A stretch of DNA of 37,946 nt from a virus (lineage: Duplodnaviria > Heunggongvirae > Uroviricota > Caudoviricetes): IMG/VR virus record IMGVR_UViG_3300025670_000002. One strand, given 5' to 3'. Each line of letters starts with the position of its first letter. The stretch's first letter is position 1. A program made the translations under genes and the position numbers. Below the pieces are notes generated by a model. That model was given only the letters and a program-made list of their open reading frames with translations, ran no database searches and was not told the origin of the DNA. Below are positions 17,360-28,300 of the stretch, piece after piece.

Positions 17360-17887
17360 ATGGCAAGTGATACAGCTAATGTAAAGCTAGGCGTATGTAA
17401 GATTACGTTTGGTGGTGTTGACTTAGGTTACACAAAGGGTGGTGTTGAGGTTGATGTTACAACCGATACGCATGAGGTTACAGTTGACCAATTTGGTGAG
17501 TCTGTAATTAATGAATACGTTACAAAGCGTGACATTAAAGTGAAGGCGCCATTGGCAGAAACAACTTTGGAAAACTTAGTTGCGATTATGCCTGGGTCAT
17601 CACTCATTGTTGATGGTGTAGATGCTACCAAGAAACGTGTTGATATTACAAACGGTGTTGGAACTAACTTACTGTCGGTTGCGCAGGAATTAATGCTTCA
17701 CCCAATTGAGCTGGCTGATTCTGATGTTTCTGAGGATTTAACTATCCCATTGGCAGCAACAGCGGGTGCGATGAGTTTTGCATACAAGCATGATGATGAG
17801 CGAGTTTACAATACTGAGTTCACTGGATACCCAGACCCAACAACTAAGTTGTTGTTTCAATTAGGTGATACGACTGCTACGGCATAA
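17360..17887 (+). CDS. Major tail tube protein
   Basis: NVKLGVCKITFGGVDLGYTKGGVEV...TVDQFG...APLAE siphophage tube pattern. RBS AGGAG. Confidence 0.85.
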   Translation: MASDTANVKLGVCKITFGGVDLGYTKGGVEVDVTTDTHEVTVDQFGESVINEYVTKRDIKVKAPLAETTLENLVAIMPGSSLIVDGVDATKKRVDITNGVGTNLLSVAQELMLHPIELADSDVSEDLTIPLAATAGAMSFAYKHDDERVYNTEFTGYPDPTTKLLFQLGDTTATA

Positions 17888-17894
17888 CTTTATC

Positions 17895-17924
17895 TTGTAT
17901 AGTAAGTCATTAGTGACTTATAAT
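17895..17924 (+). promoter_or_regulatory. Putative promoter with palindrome copy 8 (17903-17920) in its spacer
   Basis: TTGTAT, 18 nt, TATAAT. TAAGTCA-TTAG-TGACTTA fills the spacer and overlaps the -10. Confidence 0.7.
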
Positions 17925-17947
17925 TAACCTTCAATTAACCACTACCA

Positions 17948-17971
17948 AAACCCCTTGCTCAAAAGGGGTTT
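17948..17971. terminator. GC-rich hairpin between tail tube and chaperone genes
   Basis: AAACCCCTT-gctcaa-AAGGGGTTT, a 9-bp stem. Confidence 0.45.
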
Positions 17972-17989
17972 GCTTTATGGAGAACAACG

Positions 17990-18352
17990 ATGGCTGCATC
18001 AGTATTAAATTTAGACACCTTAGCTAAAGAAGAGCGATTAATCACGCTTGAGGGCGAAAGCTACGCGATGAAAGAAATGTCCGTTGAGGACTTTGTAAAT
18101 ATCACTAAGCGAGCTGAAGAAGTTGAGAAAAAAGGTGAAGACACGATTTCAAAACGTATCGAATTTTTGGTCGAGACGGTTCTAATTAGTTTTCCCACAT
18201 GTCCGAAAGAAGTGCTTGTTAGACAGGGGCTTACAAAATTAAATGCAATTGTTGATTTCGCAAGAGACGGAAGCGTTCCAGCAGGTGCGAAAGAAGATGA
18301 AGAAAAGGGCGACTCAAAAAAGCCAGAGCAGGTGGAGAAGAGTCAGAGCTAG
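17990..18352 (+). CDS. Tail assembly chaperone (gpG analogue)
   Basis: 120 aa between tube and tape measure, with a slippery site near the 3' end. Confidence 0.8.
   Translation: MAASVLNLDTLAKEERLITLEGESYAMKEMSVEDFVNITKRAEEVEKKGEDTISKRIEFLVETVLISFPTCPKEVLVRQGLTKLNAIVDFARDGSVPAGAKEDEEKGDSKKPEQVEKSQS
18316..18322 (+). other. Programmed -1 frameshift site A AAA AAG
   Basis: Heptamer in the correct phase (TCA AAA AAG). The -1 frame is open from 18319 to 18645. Confidence 0.8.
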
Positions 18353-18645
18353 TATCTCTCGACTTTGGCTTTATTTTTTGCAGAGTTTGTCTTCGTTACG
18401 GCATGACAGATGCACACGTCTTGTCCATGCCGATAAGAAGATTTTGGTTATTTAGCGGATGTATTGATCGACTTGCGGCGGCAGAAGACATGCGTGCTTT
18501 GGGCGTTTCAACAGCAATCAATACGAAAGAGTCAATTGAGGCAAAGGTTTCCGAGCTCACTGAGTCGATAGGGACAATTGTTGTCAAGAACGTGAAAAGG
18601 GACAGGGAGAGCGTGAAGTCGCTCAAGGCTAGATTATCAATGTAA
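18319..18645 (+). CDS. -1 frame extension giving the gpGT-like chaperone (about 218 aa fusion)
   Basis: Reads KARAGGEESELVSLDFGFIFCRVCLRYG directly into the track ORF 18403-18645 (MTDAHVLSMPIRRFW). Confidence 0.75.
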   Translation, partial: KARAGGEESELVSLDFGFIFCRVCLRYGMTDAHVLSMPIRRFWLFSGCIDRLAAAEDMRALGVSTAINTKESIEAKVSELTESIGTIVVKNVKRDRESVKSLKARLSM

Positions 18646-18664
18646 ACAAAAGAGGGCAATATTC

Positions 18665-21600
18665 GTGAGTTTTGGAAATATAAGTGTTGAGCTTGAGCTA
18701 AACGACAGAGGGTTTACGCACAGGATTAGAAGAGCTGGCGCAACAGTAAAGGCGCTGTCAGGAAACTTCGATAGCCTTGGTGGAAAAGTCGCCAAGACAG
18801 AAAAGAAGCTTCACGGAATACTTCCGACACTTAGGGATATTGCAATCATTGGCGCATCAACGCGCACCGTAATTCACTCACTCAATGATGCTTTTATTGG
18901 GTGGACAATGGGAATTGTAAAATCCAACGCCGAAATCGAGAGAATGACTGTTTTAATGCAGGGTCTCTCAAACGCCACCACTTTTGAGGGCAAGGTTCTT
19001 GAGGCGGCAAACGAAGTTGATGTGCTATTTGAAAAGGCTCAACGTGCGCCTTTTGCCATCAACGAACTATCAAATTCATTCGTAAAGCTAAAGACTGCTG
19101 GGCTGAAAGATGTAATGGGTAATTTAAACTCCCTTACAGACGCTATAGCGAACTTTGGGGGAAATAACGAGACCTTACACAGAGCAACCGTTGCTATTCA
19201 GCAGATGTCTTCTAAGGGCGTCGTATCTATGGAAGAGCTGCGTCAGCAATTGGGTGAAGCAGTGCCGTCAGCAATTCAATCTATGGCTGTCGGAATGGAA
19301 ATGTCCGTCGGTAAATTAGTTGAAGCGATTTCGTCCGGAGCTGTAAAGGCAAAGCCCGCGATTGAGCTGATGATGCTTGAGTTTGAAAAGTCAATGGCTG
19401 GCTCGGCTGAAAGAATGATGGATACATGGAATGGGATGGTGTCTCAGCTATCTACAAAATGGGTCATGTTTCAAAAGAAAGTGGGTGATGCTGGTTTTTT
19501 TGACTCAGCAAAAGACGGTCTTCAAGGTCTCATTGATATTCTTGATACCGAAGAGGCCCTTTTGTTTGCAAAGAATTTGGGAGAGGGGTTGGATGCGGTC
19601 GTAAGAGGCTCGGTGAACTTAGTCAACTATCTAATGGAAAACCAACAGTCCATTTCTAATTTTTTCACTCCGCTAATAAATGGCGCAAGTGCGCTGATGG
19701 ATGTAATAAAAGATAACGGCGATGTGATTCTGACGATTGCCAAATTTTCCGCTGGGTTATTTGCAGCATCTAGCATCGCAAAGGTAGCTGTAGCAATGGC
19801 TGGCGGACTAGCCGCTGGATTCGCAACACTGTCGGGAAAAATAAGAATTGCAGCGGGGGCGATCACGCTTATGACGCCTGTTCTGGCTACAGTTACCGTT
19901 GGGACGGCAACAACTACTGCTGCCGTTACAGGTCTAAGTGCGGCAATGACCGTGCTTGGTGGTCCTGTTGGTATTGTAACTGGATTGATTGCGGCTGGAG
20001 CATACGCTTGGTATGAGTATTCGTCCGCAGCGCAAAGAGCCGAGCAAGCGTCAAAAGATGCTGTGGAGGCTGGAAAGCTGGCAGACAAAGACAAGGATAC
20101 GGGCGTTGTCTCAAAAGTGCAGATTTACGACAACATGAGTGGCGTAAGTAACATTAGAGATCAGATAAGAGAGCGAATCTCACTTATAGCAGAGCTCAAT
20201 GCCGAAGAAGAGAAGGCAGTGGCAAACGAAAAGAAATACTCTATGTCAAGAATTGGATTTGGCGGAGCAGTTCTTGATGCCGAAAGAAAAGTGAGGGCTG
20301 AGAGGATAGCGCAATACGAACAGGAGATAAAAAACCTGACAGAAAATGTTGAGGTTGGAGAGCGTGGGATTGTTGCGTCAACCATAGCGGTTGTGAATGA
20401 GGGGGCGAAGAAAATTGCAAGTGCGAGATTTAAGGCACTAAGCTCTGGCGTATCGGCCCTGTCGTCAAAATACAGTGCGGGTCTTGATGCGGCAAAAGCA
20501 ATTCAGCGAGAAGAGCTGCTTGCCATTAAGGAAACAGGCAAATCAGAGATTGAAATAAGAGATAAGTTTAAAGAGACGGTAAGAAGACTATCGCAAGAGC
20601 GGTTTGATGAAGAGATCGTCATGATTGATCGCCAAATTGCTCAAGTAAAGTCAGTTATTAATGGATTTGGTAACGACGAAACGGGGTCTCTTGGCGTAAA
20701 GATAGTGGATCAAGAGGCCATTGAAAAAAATGGAAAGGCTGCGCTTGAGTTGCTGAGAAATCAAAAGCTTAGATTGGAGCTGGAGCTCAAAAGCAACATT
20801 GCTGGTGACGGAGATATAACAAAGCGTATTCAAATAGAGACGAACATAACGGAGATTAATAAAAAAATACAATCTCAAATGTCACTAATTGGGTTGGCTG
20901 CGTCAAAGATAAAAGATATTTACCAATTCATACTTAGAAATGCAGATAAGGACGCTGGCTTGCCTGAAATTCAGAGGGCTAAGGCACTTATACTTCTGGC
21001 TCAACAACTGGAGAAGGCGAAAGCATCGGCTCAGGACAAAAAAATCAAGTCGTCAAAGGGAAGCGATGACTCTGGCGCAATAACAGAGGGCACTAAGAAG
21101 GCGAAGAATGAAATATCCGCGCTCATCTCACTGCTTAACTCCGCTGATTCAAAATTTGCAAAACTGAAATCGAGAAATGACTCATTTGGAAAGTCGAATG
21201 GATACCTTGAGCAAACTCGTCAGAAAGTTGCCAATATAAACAGAGACATAACTGACCTTATTCCAGGGTTTGATAAGTTAAGTATTGCGCTAAAGAAAGT
21301 AAAGATTACGGCGCTTCTTACTAAGACAGCCGAGGCGATTGAGGCTGAGAATAAAATCTCTGCGTTTACTGGAAAAATCAACAAGCTAAATAAAGCAACC
21401 AAGTTGATGGAAGCGTCAATTAAGAATTTGGCTGGCGAAGATATTGAGTTTAGCTGGGTTGCCGAAGAGCGTCAAAAAATGATCGACTTGGGTGACGACA
21501 TTGGCATTGTTGACGAGCAGCTTGCCAAGCTAAAAATTGGTGGGTCTGTTGATACAGCGTGGGCAAATAAACTAAGAACCGAGTTGCTTCTACTTGGGAA

Positions 21601-23836
21601 GACGGCTGGTGAAACGGCAAGAATCATTGCGCAAATCAGAGCGGGCGATGGCAAACGGTCTTTTGCGAAAGTGAAGCAGGAGCTTGTTGTTGCCAAGTCA
21701 GTTAAAAAATCCCTTAAAGAGCAGATTGGCTTAAAGCAAAAAATAAGCATTCTCAATACAAAAGGCCATGGTAATCCCATAGCGGAATATAAAGCTGAAA
21801 CTGCGGCAATAATGGAGGCGTATGCAGCAAAGCTTCTTCTTGGAGAGAATGTCAAATCAGTCAAGGACCTAAGTGACGACGGAAAGGCAAGCATAGAGCT
21901 TGAGAAAGCTCGTCTTAGCGCAAAGCACATGGCGGACATTAGAGAGCAGTCAAGAGTTGGGAAGATCGCTCACGACAGAAAAATGTTCGACACGGGCATT
22001 CAAATGGTTAGAGACAGTGTTGATAAGGAAATCAACATACTAAAGAAGCGTAAGAAGTGGGATATAGAAGATGCCAACAGTCAAATAAAAGACAAGGGGC
22101 TTCTTGCTGAAAAGCTGCTTCAAATACAGCAGCAGTATGTATCAGACTTGGCACTGATTGAGTATAACCATCGCGACCCTATGTTGAAGATGCTTGATGA
22201 CTGGCAAGACACTACGGATAAAATGTCTGAGGCTGGTGTGGCATTTTCAGAAGGCTTTGCAGACACGCTTGCTGACGGAATACTAGGCGGGGAGATGAAC
22301 TTCAAGAGCCTGGTTGCGTCATTTGCAAAATCAATGCTCCAGATGGAAATCAAAGCGGCGACAAGCTCTCTGTGGTCAATGCTGTCTGGAGAAGGCGGTG
22401 GAGACAGCAGCAAGTCAGACTCGCTTCTTGTAAAAGGTGCGGGATTTTTTGGTAATCTTTTTGGTGACAAATCAAAGGCAGATGCGAAAGGCACTGTTGG
22501 CAAAGATGTTGCTGGCAAAGGTGTTGCTGGGGCAGTTGCGTCCGTTGCTGGAATCAAGACGAAGAGTGGCTTATCACCCAAGTCGGCGGTTGGCGTTGCA
22601 ACTAACTCATCGAGCCTGTCGTCGCTATCAACGCAGCTAACGACAATATCGGGCGAGTTGGTAACGCAGACTGGAATACTGAGGGAGATAAGCACTGCGG
22701 TGGCACAGGCGGCTGGCGCACAGGATGGCGAAGGCATAGCGGGAATAGTCGGCAACAAGGGCTCCAAAAAAGCAGGGGTTGACTCGGCGGAGAAGAAGGT
22801 TGCTGAGAGCGCAAAAGATGTAACTGAGAATACCGATGATATATTTTCTGGTGGATTTACAGAAGTCGTTGGGAAGGTGTCAGACAAGGTTGTTGGTGGC
22901 TTCTCGACGATAGTAGACACTGCTGGCGGAATTCTAAATGGCGGGTTTTCTGGAATAGTCAGCAGCATACAGGGGTTACTTGGCGGCGGTGGGTCAGGCG
23001 CAATGGGAGCCATTGGTGCGGTTGGCAAACTGATTGGTAGCTTTTTTGCTGACGGCGGAACAATGAATGCCTATGCAAATGGAGGCATCGAGGGGGCAAA
23101 GAAAACAACTGCGTCTCAAATGAAAAGAGGTGGCGTCGCAAAGCAACCGAGAACTGCTTTGTTTGGCGAATCAACAATGCCAGAGGCATTTATACCAATG
23201 GTGGACGGAAGGACGATACCCGTTACCGTGACAGAAGCGGCAAACGGTGTGATTTCTGCACAAATACCTCTGCCAAGTGGCGAAATTCTAGCAACAACGG
23301 TCTCCATGCCAGATGGCGTGTCAAAAAATGTAGGTGGTGGCGACAGTAGCAAGAAAAAAGTATCTGCATTCGCGAATGGCGGAACTATGAACTCAGGAAA
23401 GTCGTTTTCGGCATTCGCACAGGGCGGGGTAATGAGTGAGAGCGTAGAGAGTGATGTTGGTAACAATGTGACGAATACGATTGCTGACTTTTCCACACTG
23501 GTGAAATCGCTTGATGGCGTAAGCACGTCGCTAAATCAAATATCGGTAGGAATTGCGGAGATTCCCACTCCCACCGATGTGTCAACGGCATCAATACCAA
23601 ATATAAACAGCGAGTCAATGGTCAATGCAGGTAGCGTTGGGGCATCTGAAAGCAGAGAGTCTACATCTGAAAAACCAGTTACGGTAAATCTAATAAATCA
23701 AAGCGGCCACGAACAGCAGGCATCAGTTAATAAGAAATCCGCTGATCCTGAAAAAATGGTTCTCGACATTGTTCTGTCTGCAATGAGTAAACCAGGAAGA
23801 TTCAGCGGCGGAATGAAAGGAGCTATGAAGAAATGA
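18665..23836 (+). CDS. Tail tape measure protein (1723 aa)
   Basis: N-terminal tape-measure domain (APFAINELSNSFVKL...ELRQQLGEAVP), long Ala/Gly/Lys-rich helical body, and lambda-like C-terminal FADGG...FGE...PEAFIP. Confidence 0.93.
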   Translation: MSFGNISVELELNDRGFTHRIRRAGATVKALSGNFDSLGGKVAKTEKKLHGILPTLRDIAIIGASTRTVIHSLNDAFIGWTMGIVKSNAEIERMTVLMQGLSNATTFEGKVLEAANEVDVLFEKAQRAPFAINELSNSFVKLKTAGLKDVMGNLNSLTDAIANFGGNNETLHRATVAIQQMSSKGVVSMEELRQQLGEAVPSAIQSMAVGMEMSVGKLVEAISSGAVKAKPAIELMMLEFEKSMAGSAERMMDTWNGMVSQLSTKWVMFQKKVGDAGFFDSAKDGLQGLIDILDTEEALLFAKNLGEGLDAVVRGSVNLVNYLMENQQSISNFFTPLINGASALMDVIKDNGDVILTIAKFSAGLFAASSIAKVAVAMAGGLAAGFATLSGKIRIAAGAITLMTPVLATVTVGTATTTAAVTGLSAAMTVLGGPVGIVTGLIAAGAYAWYEYSSAAQRAEQASKDAVEAGKLADKDKDTGVVSKVQIYDNMSGVSNIRDQIRERISLIAELNAEEEKAVANEKKYSMSRIGFGGAVLDAERKVRAERIAQYEQEIKNLTENVEVGERGIVASTIAVVNEGAKKIASARFKALSSGVSALSSKYSAGLDAAKAIQREELLAIKETGKSEIEIRDKFKETVRRLSQERFDEEIVMIDRQIAQVKSVINGFGNDETGSLGVKIVDQEAIEKNGKAALELLRNQKLRLELELKSNIAGDGDITKRIQIETNITEINKKIQSQMSLIGLAASKIKDIYQFILRNADKDAGLPEIQRAKALILLAQQLEKAKASAQDKKIKSSKGSDDSGAITEGTKKAKNEISALISLLNSADSKFAKLKSRNDSFGKSNGYLEQTRQKVANINRDITDLIPGFDKLSIALKKVKITALLTKTAEAIEAENKISAFTGKINKLNKATKLMEASIKNLAGEDIEFSWVAEERQKMIDLGDDIGIVDEQLAKLKIGGSVDTAWANKLRTELLLLGKTAGETARIIAQIRAGDGKRSFAKVKQELVVAKSVKKSLKEQIGLKQKISILNTKGHGNPIAEYKAETAAIMEAYAAKLLLGENVKSVKDLSDDGKASIELEKARLSAKHMADIREQSRVGKIAHDRKMFDTGIQMVRDSVDKEINILKKRKKWDIEDANSQIKDKGLLAEKLLQIQQQYVSDLALIEYNHRDPMLKMLDDWQDTTDKMSEAGVAFSEGFADTLADGILGGEMNFKSLVASFAKSMLQMEIKAATSSLWSMLSGEGGGDSSKSDSLLVKGAGFFGNLFGDKSKADAKGTVGKDVAGKGVAGAVASVAGIKTKSGLSPKSAVGVATNSSSLSSLSTQLTTISGELVTQTGILREISTAVAQAAGAQDGEGIAGIVGNKGSKKAGVDSAEKKVAESAKDVTENTDDIFSGGFTEVVGKVSDKVVGGFSTIVDTAGGILNGGFSGIVSSIQGLLGGGGSGAMGAIGAVGKLIGSFFADGGTMNAYANGGIEGAKKTTASQMKRGGVAKQPRTALFGESTMPEAFIPMVDGRTIPVTVTEAANGVISAQIPLPSGEILATTVSMPDGVSKNVGGGDSSKKKVSAFANGGTMNSGKSFSAFAQGGVMSESVESDVGNNVTNTIADFSTLVKSLDGVSTSLNQISVGIAEIPTPTDVSTASIPNINSESMVNAGSVGASESRESTSEKPVTVNLINQSGHEQQASVNKKSADPEKMVLDIVLSAMSKPGRFSGGMKGAMKK

Positions 23837-24330
23837 AACTATATTTGCAGCCTGACGGCATAACAATACTTACTGAATATGGTGGGATGGCGGACATTTC
23901 AGCATTTGAACACGAACTTATAACAAACGCTGGTGGGACTATCACAACAAGTGACGGAATTACTATAATTGTAAATGTTGGTTTTTTTATCCCACCTGAC
24001 GGGTTTGATTCCACCAAGTATAAAGAAAGGGGCGACGATCAGGCGATAAGGCACGCCGTTGGAGCGGGTTATCAGGTTACGCGACCTAGATTTACAAGAA
24101 CGCCAGCAAGAACATTTCAAATGGGATGGACATCAATACCAGACGAATCAAAGAGGCTGATTGAGCAAAAGTCAATCGACACGAAAACAGGCGCACTGTC
24201 TTTTTTCATTCTCAATAAGCTTGATAACGAGATTATAAACGTAAGGTTTGCGGCGCCACCAGAGTTTGATTATGTGGGGATAGGTATCGCAAAGCTTTGG
24301 GACGTAAATGCATCATTTGTTGAAGTTTAG
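23833..24330 (+). CDS. Distal tail protein (Dit / lambda gpM-like) with N-terminal extension
   Basis: GAGYQVTRPRFTR...FQMGW...SFFILN pattern, directly after the tape measure. Confidence 0.7.
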   Translation: MKLYLQPDGITILTEYGGMADISAFEHELITNAGGTITTSDGITIIVNVGFFIPPDGFDSTKYKERGDDQAIRHAVGAGYQVTRPRFTRTPARTFQMGWTSIPDESKRLIEQKSIDTKTGALSFFILNKLDNEIINVRFAAPPEFDYVGIGIAKLWDVNASFVEV

Positions 24331-24333
24331 ATA

Positions 24334-24948
24334 ATGGCTAGAAACTTGTCACTAGATGCGGTATTGGATAAAAATCTAACATCGTCATCAGACCCATACA
24401 TCATAGCGTTAGATATTGCCGTAATTGGCGCATTGGGCGAATACATAAAGAACATAAGAGTTGTGAATAACGACGAGCCAGTGTCGATAGAGGGCGTCCT
24501 GTATGCACCAGTCAGATTCACAATGAAGATGGATACTGGCGTAGGTGAGACTCCAAAAGTAACGGTATCTCTAAATGATGCGGAGGGGATGCTATCTACC
24601 GACATGGAATACATGGGTGGGCTTGTCGGGTCAAAAATATCAATTATCGTAACTTCGGCGTCAAGAGCCAACACTGCGCCAGATATAAAGGAGCTGTTTT
24701 TTATATCTGAGGCGAATTCTGGCGGCGGAGTAATTAACTGGACGATAGACGCTGGCCCATTCCTGACAAGAAAGTTTCCACCAAGAAGGCAGTTTTCGGA
24801 CATCTGTTCACACAGATTCAAGTCGGCAGCCTGTGGGTATGCGGGGGCAAATAACTCATGCAGTCTTACTTTGGATGGCGAGAATGGGTGCGTAAGTCAC
24901 TTAAATGAGGTTAGATTTGGTGGGTTTTCTGGGATACAGCAGTCATGA
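24334..24948 (+). CDS. Minor tail protein (lambda gpL-like)
   Basis: C-terminal four-Cys cluster ICSHRFKSAACGY...SCSLT...GCVSH...RFGGF, as in Fe-S-binding gpL. Confidence 0.8.
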   Translation: MARNLSLDAVLDKNLTSSSDPYIIALDIAVIGALGEYIKNIRVVNNDEPVSIEGVLYAPVRFTMKMDTGVGETPKVTVSLNDAEGMLSTDMEYMGGLVGSKISIIVTSASRANTAPDIKELFFISEANSGGGVINWTIDAGPFLTRKFPPRRQFSDICSHRFKSAACGYAGANNSCSLTLDGENGCVSHLNEVRFGGFSGIQQS

Positions 24949-25337
24949 CGGGTGACGACATGGCGCTAATGTCATCGTTGATAGGTAGCAGATATGTGAA
25001 AAATGGCAAAACTCCAGATGAGGGTTTTGACTGCTATTCGTTCCTTTCGTATATCTACAGCAAAATCAAGGGTGTCGATTTGCCAGACTACACAAGCATT
25101 GGCTCAGTTGCGGAAATAACCGACAGAGTGAATGACGGCATTTGTGACTGGAAGAAGGTTCCGGAGTCAGAGGGTGTTGCCGTGCTGATGAGCGGAACGG
25201 GGGCTGACAGACACATAGGGTATTGCATAGGCGGTGGAAAGTTTATTCACTGCGAAGAGGGTTCTGGCGTCAGAGTTGACAGAATTGGTTTAGTTAGAAG
25301 TAAAATAATTGGGTTTTATAAGTATGAAAGAAATTAG
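24945..25337 (+). CDS. NlpC/P60 tail protein (gpK C-terminal-like)
   Basis: GFDCYSF (Cys), RHIGYCIGGGKFIHC (His, His). Confidence 0.88.
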   Translation: MTGDDMALMSSLIGSRYVKNGKTPDEGFDCYSFLSYIYSKIKGVDLPDYTSIGSVAEITDRVNDGICDWKKVPESEGVAVLMSGTGADRHIGYCIGGGKFIHCEEGSGVRVDRIGLVRSKIIGFYKYERN

Positions 25338-28300
25338 CAGCGAGATCGGCAAAGGGATTGTTTTGGGCAACTCAGGTGACTCAGTAACCATAATTAGATT
25401 CTTCGACCTAATTGACCCAAAGAGAGGGGTTGAGACGGAGATTGTTGCGCACGAAAGAGGCAAGACGATCGCCGACTACCTTTCTGCCGACGATCTTGAT
25501 TACCCAATCATACTCAGCACGTCGCCTATCGATCAGAAAGATGTTGCGCTCGCAATCCCCGCAGTTGGTGAAACAATTACCGTTTGCAAAGCTCCACAAG
25601 GCGGGATAATAGGTGCAATAGTGGGGGCAATCGCTTCTGCTGTGGTTGAGCTTGGTGTTATCGGCGTAATACAGGTAATCACAACAGTCGCATCGGTTGT
25701 TTCTGCCATAGTTGGCGCACTTCAAACGCCCGATGAACTGCCTGACAGTGAAGATAGAAAGTCATACGGATACAAAGGTGCGGTAAATACTCGAACTGAA
25801 GATATTCCAATCCCAATTGTGTATGGAACGTATAGAGTTGGTGGGAACGTAGTTGGTATAAAGGTTGCAAATGTGACCAATGAAATACAAGAGCTTCACC
25901 TAATGATGTGCGTTAATGACGGTGAGATTGGGTCAATAAGTGACGTTCATGTAAATGGGCAGGTGATAGAGAATAGTAGAAATTGGACATGGGCATATAC
26001 ACTTGGTAATGACAAGGGGTTTAGTCAGGGAATTGGGTGGGACGTCATCAAAAGGCATGACGGAACATCGCACGTTGACACTCTACATGAAACTGGTGAC
26101 GTCCCTAATTTCAATGACTCCGCTACGACAGTTGCGGTAGGAACAACATTATCCGACGGGAGTTTTGTAGAGTTTACGACATCAAAAACTGTAAATGCCG
26201 TTGCTGTCAATATAGAGGCTCCTGGCGGAATATACAAAGTTAGCAAAAAGGGTGACATTGAAGAACACAGTGTTCCAATCACAGCGCAGTATAGATTATC
26301 TGGCTCAACTGGTGAATGGCTAGACATGTCCATATCGGCTGATAACTGGGCAAGCAACACTGGTGATCTGGGAGCCGCTGGTGCAAACAACGTATATGTC
26401 ATTAATGGCATTGGGACTGATCGTTTTACGGATGAAAGCTCTCAGTTTGCAATCAGAATGGCGACGCCAATTGGCGATCTTGCAAATGATATAGTCGTTG
26501 AGAATCAGAACGCTGGCGATCTCATAATGGGTAGCTATGGCTCAATGGGGTTTTATGGCTCAGTTGGTAAAGACATTTATGTATTCGAGGTGTTTGATTT
26601 ATCCACTGGGCTTCCTGTTTCAAAGGCACTAACTGAGGGGAAGACTGTAAACTATGGGTCAAGCAGCTTGCTGTGGGAGCTCAATGATATAACGTCAAAA
26701 ACGGTAGTTGAACAGATTAAGCAACCTCCAGGTCAGGGAATAAGACTCATTGGCTACAGAAGCATGAGTCTTTTCAATACTGGGTATTACAGAGTGTTCA
26801 ACGATGTGACTGGTCAGCTTGATGTCATTGAGTCAAAACTTGTAGGGAGTGTGAGAAACGCTCTGTTCTGGACATTCAGAAGCAGAAACCTGTCAGAGGG
26901 CATTTACGATGTAAGGGTTAAGAGAGACAGCCCCGAAGATAGCAGCACGAAGATAGGCGATACGATAAAGCTCTCAAGTGTATCTGAGATCGAAACGGAG
27001 AGGCCCAATTACTCGGGCACTGCTATGTTTGGTGTAAAGCTGCAAATGTCAGAGGTATTCTCTGGTATGCCAGATGTATCGTATTTGGTTAATGGAAGAA
27101 AAGTTAGAGTATGGAACGGGTCATCTTGGGTATTTGAAACATCGTCCAATCCAGCATGGACGACGCTAGATATGCTAACGGGAAGCGCTGGCTCTGGAAT
27201 GTCCGATGACATGATCTCAATGGAGACTTTCGTTTCATGGGCTGACTTTTGCACGGAAAATAATCTGACATTTGATGCGATTGTTGAGACGCAATCTACG
27301 GTATGGGACTCTATACAGCCAGTGCTTGTTGCTGGTCACGCGCAGATTGTAAACTCTGGAACAAGATATGGCATCGTCATAAATAGAGCCGATATTCCCG
27401 TTATGCTGTTTGGTGACGGAAATGTCGTCGTCGACACGATGTCAGAAACATGGCTGCCTACATCTGAAAGAGCCAATGAGATAGAGGTTGTTTATTTTGA
27501 CAAAGATGACAGATACAGAAGGAAGGTAGTAAAGGTATTTGACTCACAAACGGTGGATGCAGACAGGGTTTCTGCTCAAATTATTATGCTTGGTGTTACC
27601 GATAGAAAAATCGCAGAGAAAGAGGCGTATTTTAGATTAAATCAAAATAAGTTCATAACAAAAAGCATTTCATTTTCCTCAACAATCGAGTCAATTGCGT
27701 GCGGCGTCGGTGATATTATAAATGTAAAGGCAACGGGAACAAAGTGGTCAACATCTGGAAGGGTAGCTGGTGAAGCTGCGTCGAATCTCGTTAGTATAGG
27801 CGAGGTATTTATGTATGACCAAGCCGTTATAGACGAGGGAGCGAGATACAAGATTGCTGTCATATCAAGCAATGCGCTTTTACTAAGCACTACCGTTTCC
27901 AGTAGTGACGGAAGTGTTGTGTTTTTACAATCAGCGATTTCATCAAGCAGAAAAGCAAAAAGGGTCATTGTAAATGGCACGAATGAGTATGAGATTTACG
28001 GACAGTCTGCAAATAGCATTAGCGTAAAATCGCCATTCTTCATTAGCTCTGGCGACTCTGTGGAAATTTACTCCACAGATGTAACAATGGTGAATGAAAT
28101 AGATCATGTTGCATCAGAGGGGAGTGAGTTTGTTAAGCTAGTGGGCAATCTCGAATACCCAGTTTCAGAGGGCTGTGTGTGGGTTACGGGGGTCAATCAA
28201 GAAATAACGGGGCAGTATAGAATAACCGATGTTGCCGCGACTGATGACCCAATGTATCGAGATATTACGGCAACAGAGTATAAGGATGAGATGTATTTAT

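Noticed and set aside
22120-23618. Long antisense ORFs inside the tape measure gene (e.g. 22120-23028)
   Set aside because: They are shadows of Gly/Ala/Ser-rich sense codons, with no RBS or recognisable motif. The same applies to the other antisense ORFs in the track.
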